Assembly (NCBI GenBank): GCA_964057225.1
Contig: OZ059894.1
Span: 11,222,001-11,286,000, forward strand
Direction: 5' to 3'
DNA length: 64,000 nt
From: Auanema rhodensis
Lineage: Eukaryota > Animalia > Nematoda
The notes beneath the pieces were generated by a model that saw nothing but the letters and a program-made list of their open reading frames with translations, ran no database searches and had not been told where the DNA came from. Below are positions 57,053 through 64,000 of the stretch, one piece after another (position 1 is the stretch's first letter; each line of letters begins with the position of its first letter). The translations under genes were made by a program, and so were the position numbers.

Positions 57053-60000
57053 ATGGTTTATTGAATAACTAATGTTATGATACAATAAATAACCAATAAA
57101 AAAGAGCCCAGAATCGGGGAGACGGTATTACCAGTACAACTTAAAACAGCAAGTAATTAAAAAGTACATAATAAGACACATTGCCAACAGAGGCTAAAAC
57201 GACTCAAGAGTCGGGGGAGTGGGTTAAAAAAAATGAACAAAAAAATGAATATTAAAGCAGAACAATGAGAAATCAAGTGCCGCTATGATCAAACAATTTG
57301 AGTGCCTACGGCAATGATGTTAAAAATAAACAACAAAATACATGTACCAATGAAGGTCAGAAAGAAAGAAACAAAAGACAAAAATAAGTAATACAAAAAG
57401 TAAAAAATATATTACAATCAAATCACAAACAAGTCGAGCCTTGTGGATGAATCGCCAATCAGCAAACCGTATGAAATCTCCCTTCGCCATAAAGTGATTG
57501 GACGCTTTGTTGAGCATTGTGACATCAAAGACTTTCCCTTGATCCGGTTTTTGAAGAAGGATCCGAAGGTCTTTCAGCCATAATGCCCGTCGCAGGCTTC
57601 TGTGGCATAGTGAAGGTGTTAACAGTTGGTTGTTTAGATTGAGTTCTAAACCACTTTCGAGGCATGTCCAGTTAGCGTTGATGAGTTTCTTGAGTTGACG
57701 CATCGCTACTCTTACTCTAGTCCAGATGGAGGAAACATCAGATGTTTCGGTGTCGAAAATGCCATCAACGGAACCGTTGTAATATGCAGCTGTCTCATCG
57801 TTACTGGCTTGACGTTTAATCCTTTTTGATGCTACTTTTTTTGAGTCTTGATGCGCAATATCAGCTACTACAAGATCAGATGACTTCAAAAGTTGGTAGG
57901 CATGAGTGACTTCACAGACGTCTGACAGGTGTTGGAGTCGAGAGAGACCAAGTCCGCCGTAGTTAGTTGGCAGGTAGATTGGTTCAGCACTGGCGTTTGG
58001 AGGATAGTGCATCCATCTACGGGCACAGCGTTTGAGTTCTTTGTCAAAGGCGACTAGTTTACTCTTTGGGACGTGGCCATTCGTCATATGAAAATTAAGG
58101 CAGGGCATCAGGAAGGTGCGTACTGCGTCAGCTTTCTGCCATTCAGCAAGTAAGGATTTGTCAATTTTTTCCAAGTGTTGACTCATAATATTCACTGTTG
58201 GAACCGCAGACTTATGTAAATGCATTCCAGTAGGGATTCCCAGGTGGGAGTAGCTGTCGAATTTGCTGAGAGCGGGTAGAGAGGAGCTCTGTAGCATGTA
58301 TGAGGCTGTTGATATTTTCCCTTTGTCGATCGTCAAGGTGGCGCATTTCGCTGGTTTGAAGGTCAAGCCTGTGAAATTAGCCGCATTTGATGCTGCGTCC
58401 AACATTTTCTGTAGATCTTCTGATGATGAGGAGACCAGGGCAAGGTCATCGGCGTACGCTAGCACAGCGATGTTGTGATTGTGTAGCTTATAGCCAGTAG
58501 AGGATTCCAAGATGGTTTTAATTAGAGGTTCAATGGCAAGGTTGAACAGGATCGGAGATAGTGGGGATCCTTGTAACACACCTGCATGAACTGGAATGGT
58601 CGATGTGAGTCCGGAGCCTGTCTGGATTCTTGTAGAGGCATCTGTGTATAGAGCTCGTACTCGGGATATTGAGGCTTCAGCCACTCCTGACCATCTTAGA
58701 ACGTCTAGCAGAGTTTCGTGTGGCAGCGATCCAAAAGCGTTTGCGAGATCAAGCCAAGCAATTGCAATTTTCTCACGTTTACGTTTAGCGTCCGCAATGG
58801 TACTTTGCAACATAAAGTTGTGTTCCATGCATCCAGCTTTGGCCACAAAGCCCTTTTGGGAGGGAGAAAGTCTTTTTTCTGCTCTTGCCCATGTTAGCAG
58901 TCGATGCGTAAGACAAGCTGAGTACGTCTTACCAATTGTGCACGAAAGTGCTATTGGTCGCCAGTTGTTAATGTCAGCTTTATCACCTTTCTTATGGATG
59001 AGGACGGTGGTCGACTCTTTCCAGGAAAAAGGGATGTGTCCTAGCTTGTGTACGGTGTTAAATATCGCTGCTAATATGTGACCTCCTTGGTCAAATTTCT
59101 TCCAGTGCGAGTATCGAAGTCCATCAGCTCCTGGAGCCGTATCGCTGCAACGTCGTATGCGTTCCCAGACTTCCAAAGGGGTGAAAACACCTTCTAATGG
59201 GTCGGTACTAGCTGGCAAATCCGGTCTGGTGACTGTGATGGGGAGGGCTGGGCCTTGACTGCTGTGAACAGAAAGGAAATGTTTTTCAACCTCTGCAGAT
59301 GGTATGGTGCAGGTTTCACTTTGTTCTCCGAGCAGTTGTCGAAAGGCTTTCTTCTTGTTGGCCCTCCAGAGCTTCTGGAGCTTCATCGCCTGGGTTTTTT
59401 GGTCTTCCTCAGGTTGTGTGTGTGGTCGGCGCCTTTGTCGGAAGTTGGGAACTTTGATCATAATGTCAAGAGACTTTCTGATTGCGTCTACCAACTCTTC
59501 CAGGACCTGCTCGAGCTCACTTTTGCACACAACCTTTTTAATTCTATCCACCCAAGTATTTTCAGAGTTTCTATTCGGATCAGGGTCGGCAAAAAATGGT
59601 TCTGTACTCGAAACCCTGATCTCGTTGAATATTTCACTCTCTCGCGGAAGGGGGGAAACTTCGGCCTCTGGGGACAAGTCCAGAATTGGGGCCTCAAACA
59701 AGCGTACCGTTGATGGAGATCCTTGTTCCTGTCCACTGGATGATGTTTCCTCCATTGTACGCTCCTCCACGGGCGGGGTGGTCGTCCTTGTGCCTGGTGG
59801 GCGGGTGTTCCTGATCCTCCGCAATATAGGGCGGGAACTGGGCTCTCTCGGAGATAGAGGTGAGATCACCACAGTTTCCTCTATGATGCGGAGGCATCCT
59901 TCAGCTTTTTTCTGATGGCTTTTAACGGCCTTCAGATTGCTGGTGAGGCCACAGGCACGGCACTCAAATTCTACTCCGACCTCATGTTCTCTCCGAAGAT

Positions 60001-60257
60001 GGCGGACGAGACCATTGTGGTCTGAGTAGGATCGCGGAATAGGAGCGCAGATTGAACAAGAAAAAGGGCTCTGAAGAGGCACCTTTAGCTTGTAAAGCCC
60101 TTGCTCCATCTCTAGCAGATCTAAAGACTTACGTAGTACAGTTGCAATATCGATTTAGCCATTAACCTTATTGTGAACCAATGGAACACATATCGAAGGT
60201 TAATTCGATAAGAACGATTACTACACTTTGATCTTAGCCAAAAGGCCGAGAAGCGAT
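57053..60257 (-). mobile_element. Copy 10: mirror of copy 7 (endonuclease deleted) with full U2 nt 1-96 leader and no tandem partner
   Basis: Leader 60162-60257 joined to spacer at the same junction as 27753. Confidence 0.94.
57320..60109 (-). CDS. ZnF-RT protein without knuckle/RLE, 929 aa
   Basis: Identical translation to 31669-34458. Confidence 0.75.
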   Translation of the reverse strand: MEQGLYKLKVPLQSPFSCSICAPIPRSYSDHNGLVRHLRREHEVGVEFECRACGLTSNLKAVKSHQKKAEGCLRIIEETVVISPLSPREPSSRPILRRIRNTRPPGTRTTTPPVEERTMEETSSSGQEQGSPSTVRLFEAPILDLSPEAEVSPLPRESEIFNEIRVSSTEPFFADPDPNRNSENTWVDRIKKVVCKSELEQVLEELVDAIRKSLDIMIKVPNFRQRRRPHTQPEEDQKTQAMKLQKLWRANKKKAFRQLLGEQSETCTIPSAEVEKHFLSVHSSQGPALPITVTRPDLPASTDPLEGVFTPLEVWERIRRCSDTAPGADGLRYSHWKKFDQGGHILAAIFNTVHKLGHIPFSWKESTTVLIHKKGDKADINNWRPIALSCTIGKTYSACLTHRLLTWARAEKRLSPSQKGFVAKAGCMEHNFMLQSTIADAKRKREKIAIAWLDLANAFGSLPHETLLDVLRWSGVAEASISRVRALYTDASTRIQTGSGLTSTIPVHAGVLQGSPLSPILFNLAIEPLIKTILESSTGYKLHNHNIAVLAYADDLALVSSSSEDLQKMLDAASNAANFTGLTFKPAKCATLTIDKGKISTASYMLQSSSLPALSKFDSYSHLGIPTGMHLHKSAVPTVNIMSQHLEKIDKSLLAEWQKADAVRTFLMPCLNFHMTNGHVPKSKLVAFDKELKRCARRWMHYPPNASAEPIYLPTNYGGLGLSRLQHLSDVCEVTHAYQLLKSSDLVVADIAHQDSKKVASKRIKRQASNDETAAYYNGSVDGIFDTETSDVSSIWTRVRVAMRQLKKLINANWTCLESGLELNLNNQLLTPSLCHRSLRRALWLKDLRILLQKPDQGKVFDVTMLNKASNHFMAKGDFIRFADWRFIHKARLVCDLIVIYFLLFVLLIFVFCFFLSDLHWYMYFVVYF

Positions 60258-60972
60258 GTCCCGTATTCGAGACCCTAATGTAACTTTTGATTCCCTATAT
60301 TTTTTTTCATGAAATTTACAATCTACTGTAGAAAGAAGAATTATTTTTATAAAAACTGTAAATTTTTGAAAAATGAAAACAAAACGAAAACAAAAACAAC
60401 TTTTGTTTGAACATTTTCTCACACAAGGGTCCCCCCTTACCTACTTTTTTTCTCATTACTCGTTTCAACCTCATCCGATCACTCTGCAAACATGTTTAAT
60501 CGTTCTAACTTGTTGAAATACGTCTTAAAAGTCTAAACAACATGCATATGCATAATAGAAACCACCCGAATAGGCCCCCACGCACTAAACGAGATATATA
60601 CATTACCAGTATAGTAATAGAACACATATTGAAGATTAATTCGATAAGAACAATTTATTGACGTAGAGAATGTTTGTTCCGAAAAACTACAATATTAAAC
60701 TATAAAAGTAACAAAAGCGTAGAGGCAGCAAAGACATGAATAAACATAAATGTAAATACAGAATTACCAGGTAGTACATAAGTATGACAAAAAATTATAA
60801 GAAAGCCATGAAAATAGAAGGTTTGTGAACAAATGAGAGGTACATCTTTGATCGTATAGTCATTTCTAAACCGTTCGTATGCTGCAGCATCGTCATAAGC
60901 GTCACTCAAGTTGAATTTCCATGTGTACTACACGATTTTCATTCTTATTGTTACATTCTTTCCCTGAGGGAA

Positions 60973-61156
60973 TGGGCCGTTCCCGCCAGCAGTGCAAGAG
61001 CGGGTCGACCCGTGAGGTGGAGCTAGCAAGCCAGCATCTACCTCAAGTCTCAAAAATCGGTTAACCTTATTGTGAACCAATGGAACACATATCGAAGGTT
61101 AATTCGATAAGAACGATTACTACACTTTGATCTTAGCCAAAAGGCCGAGAAGCGAT
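60973..61156 (-). ncRNA. U2: U2 snRNA, intact
   Basis: Reverse complement; mirror of 26854. Confidence 0.95.
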
Positions 61157-61598
61157 ACAGCATAGCCATGAGTATCAAAGACATCAAGCAAATGTATCGT
61201 ACTTGTTACGAGTGCACTCTCTCATTTGAATATAAAAGTGTGGTTTGACAATCTTGACTGTACAGGTCATAAATGGCTCATATAAACTGTGGATTTACTC
61301 AACTTTTGGACTTATTTTTTTCTTATTCGAAGCGCTGCACTTTTTTCTATTCTTTTTATTCAAATACTTGTATATAGTTTTATATGTACGGTTGCAAAGT
61401 TTCCGAATATTTTATATATTTTTATACAATAATTAGGAGAAGGTTAATACAATGAAATCTCCCAACTTTACAGTGTTTGTATTGCTTACAGTATCTAGAA
61501 CAACCACTCTTGTAATATTAGAGCACATATCAATCAACAACTTTTTCTAGTTATCAAAGCTTTTTTATTTCTTCAAGATATTTCAAATAAAATATAAA

Positions 61599-61717
61599 AG
61601 CTTACGACACCCGGGATTCCCAAGCCGTCTCCGATCCAAGTACTAACCGGGCCCAACGTTGCTTGACTTGCCAGATCGGACGGGATGGCGTACTTTCAAC
61701 GTGGTATGGTCGTAAGC
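61599..61717 (-). rRNA. 5S: 5S rRNA
   Basis: Reverse complement. Confidence 0.95.
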
Positions 61718-61958
61718 AATGTTATATTCTTCATTATCAGTTATATCACTCTAAATCTTGTTGTTAATAGTTAGGACCACAAAGAAAACAACAGGAACAG
61801 TAACAAATGAAATGCCCAAACTTTACAGTGTTCGAGTTATTTACAGTATCTAAGACTACCTCTGTCGTGTTATTAGAGCAAACATTCGATTAACAACAAC
61901 TTTTTTTTAGTTATCAAAGCTTTTTTATTTCTTCAAAAAATTTCAAATAAAATATAAA

Positions 61959-62077
61959 AGCTTACGACACCCGGGATTCCCAAGCCGTCTCCGATCCAAG
62001 TACTAACCGGGCCCAACGTTGCTTGACTTGCCAGATCGGACGGGATGGCGTACTTTCAACGTGGTATGGTCGTAAGC
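61959..62077 (-). rRNA. 5S: 5S rRNA
   Basis: Reverse complement. Confidence 0.95.
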
Positions 62078-62219
62078 AATGTCATATTCTTCATTATCAG
62101 TTATATCACTCTAAATCTTGTTGTTAATAGATACGACCACAAAGAAAACAACAGGAACAGTAACAATAACAAAAAAAATTTTTTTTTCACCTATGTGTCT
62201 AAAGGTTAGCCATGTATCC

Positions 62220-62275
<56 letters not shown>

Positions 62276-63457
62276 ACAGTAAAAAGTCCAATCAAGAGAG
62301 AAATTTTTTCAACACATAGTTGTTTTTTTTTAAAATATCATTGTTTTTCCTCATAACTCGGTTTAAACTCGTTCTAACCCGTTGAAATACGTCTAGAAAG
62401 TCTTTATAACATGCATATGTATGATAGAACTTCATATTTATTGTAATAGAAAATTTTATTTTCAGACGTCTTGGTTAACAATGATATGTTTTACCCCCTT
62501 ATAATTTTTATCATAATGTTCCTTATACGGAACGCTCAATGAAACTTGCTTCCAGAAAAATTTCTTTCTATTTGTTCTTCATATGTACGTAGATACTATA
62601 GAGAACTATGATAGAAAACTTTAACATTCACGAAATCATCATTTCTCATTACGCTACGGAGGTTTAAAAAGCTGTGTTTTACTTTATAATAGACCGGAAA
62701 ACCCTTGTGTTAAAACTGGACCGTTTTTACACATATAAAAATGTCCCGTATTCGGGACCCTAATGTAACTTTTGATTCCCTATATTTTTTTTCATGAAAT
62801 TTACAATCTACTGTAGAAAGAAGAATTATTTTTATAAAAACTGTAAATTTTTGAAAAATGAAAACAAAACGAAAACAAAAACAACTTTTTTTTGAACATT
62901 TTCTCACACAAGGGTCCCCCCTTACCTACTTTTTTTCTCATTACTCGTTTCAACCTCATCCGATCACTCTGCAAACATGTTTAATCGTTCTAACTTGTTG
63001 AAATACGTCTTAAAAGTCTAAACAACATGCATATGCATAATAGAAACCACCCGAATAGGCCCCCACGCACTAAACGAGATATATACATTACCAGTATAGT
63101 AATAGAACACATATTGAAGATTAATTCGATAAGAACAATTTATTGACGTAGAGAATGTTTGTTCCGAAAAACTACAATATTAAACTATAAAAGTAACAAA
63201 AGCGTAGAGGCAGCAAAGACATGAATAAACATAAATGTAAATACAGAATTACCAGGTAGTACATAAGTATGACAAAAAATTATAAGAAAGCCATGAAAAT
63301 AGAAGGTTTGTGAACAAATGAGAGGTACATCTTTGATCGTATAGTCATTTCTAAACCGTTCGTATGCTGCAGCATCGTCATAAGCGTCACTCAAGTTGAA
63401 TTTCCATGTGTACTACACGATTTTCATTCTTATTGTTACATTCTTTCCCTGAGGGAA

Positions 63458-63604
63458 TGGGCCGTTCCCGCCAGCAGTGCAAGAGCGGGTCGACCCGTGA
63501 GGTGGAGCTAGCAAGCCAGCATCTACCTCAAGTCTCAAAAATCGGTTAACCTTATTGTGAACCAATGGAACACATATCGAAGGTTAATTCGATAAGAACG
63601 ATTA
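63458..63604 (-). pseudogene. U2: U2 nt 38-184 downstream of insertion
   Basis: Same junction. Confidence 0.93.
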
Positions 63605-64000
63605 ATGGTTTATTGAATAACTAATGTTATGAAACAATAAATAACCAATAAAAAAGAGCCCAGAATCGGGGAGACGGTATTACCAGTACAACTTAAAACA
63701 GCAAGTGATTAAAAAGTACAAAATAAAACACATTACCAACAGAGGCTAAAACGACTCAAGAGTCGGGGGAGTGGGTTAAAAAAAGTAATGAATAACAAAA
63801 AAAATGAATAATAAAGCAGAACAGTGAAAAGTAAATATCAAGTGCCGCTATGATCAAACAATTTGAGTGCCTACGGCAATAGTGTTAAAAATAAAAAACA
63901 AAATACATGTACCAATGAAGGTCAGAAAGAGAGAAAGAAAAAAGACAAAAATAAGTAATACAAAAAGTAAAAAATATATTACAATCAAATCACAAACAAG
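63605..64000 (-). mobile_element. Copy 11: 3'UTR of an element cut by the window edge (mirror of copy 5)
   Basis: Reverse complement of 24014-24409, including copy-5 variants. Confidence 0.92.

Larger units (their letters stand above)
24014..64000. repeat. Giant inverted duplication: 24014-45730 mirrored by 46046-64000 (runs off the window), 315 bp loop
   Basis: Mirror coordinates of ORFs, junctions and private SNPs; the right arm lacks 3768 bp (copy 6). Confidence 0.93.

Noticed and set aside
1-64000. CRISPR array, tRNAs, telomeric repeats, SL1 gene
   Set aside because: No repeat-spacer pattern, cloverleaf, TTAGGC tract or SL1 exon seen.

Overview
AT-rich eukaryotic DNA, probably from a nematode (the 5S rRNA is C. 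elegans-like; this is inferred from recall, not from a search). The window is a tandem array of a ~2.5 kb host unit: U2 snRNA gene, spacer with a degenerate U2 fragment, (TA)n, two 5S rRNA genes 360 bp apart, then the U2 upstream region. It holds 22 5S genes and 8 intact U2 genes. About half of the window is 11 copies of one single-ORF non-LTR retrotransposon (1092 aa: N-terminal zinc fingers, RT, CCHC knuckle, PD..D restriction-like endonuclease), consistent with the U2-targeting Utopia group of the NeSL clade. All 11 3' junctions are identical, at U2 nt ~38. Five features stand out. (1) The element carries U2 nt 1-96 as its own 5' leader, stopping just short of the Sm site, so it appears to use the U2 promoter and carries its own target site. 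(2) Three insertions sit behind an intact U2 gene with 0.44-0.86 kb of duplicated target; one of these duplications is supported by two private SNPs. (3) One copy lies inside another copy's leader. (4) A fossil U2/3'-junction fragment in every unit coincides with two breakpoints. (5) The array changes orientation five times, including a palindrome centred near 45.9 kb with arms of at least 18 kb. No host protein genes are supported.
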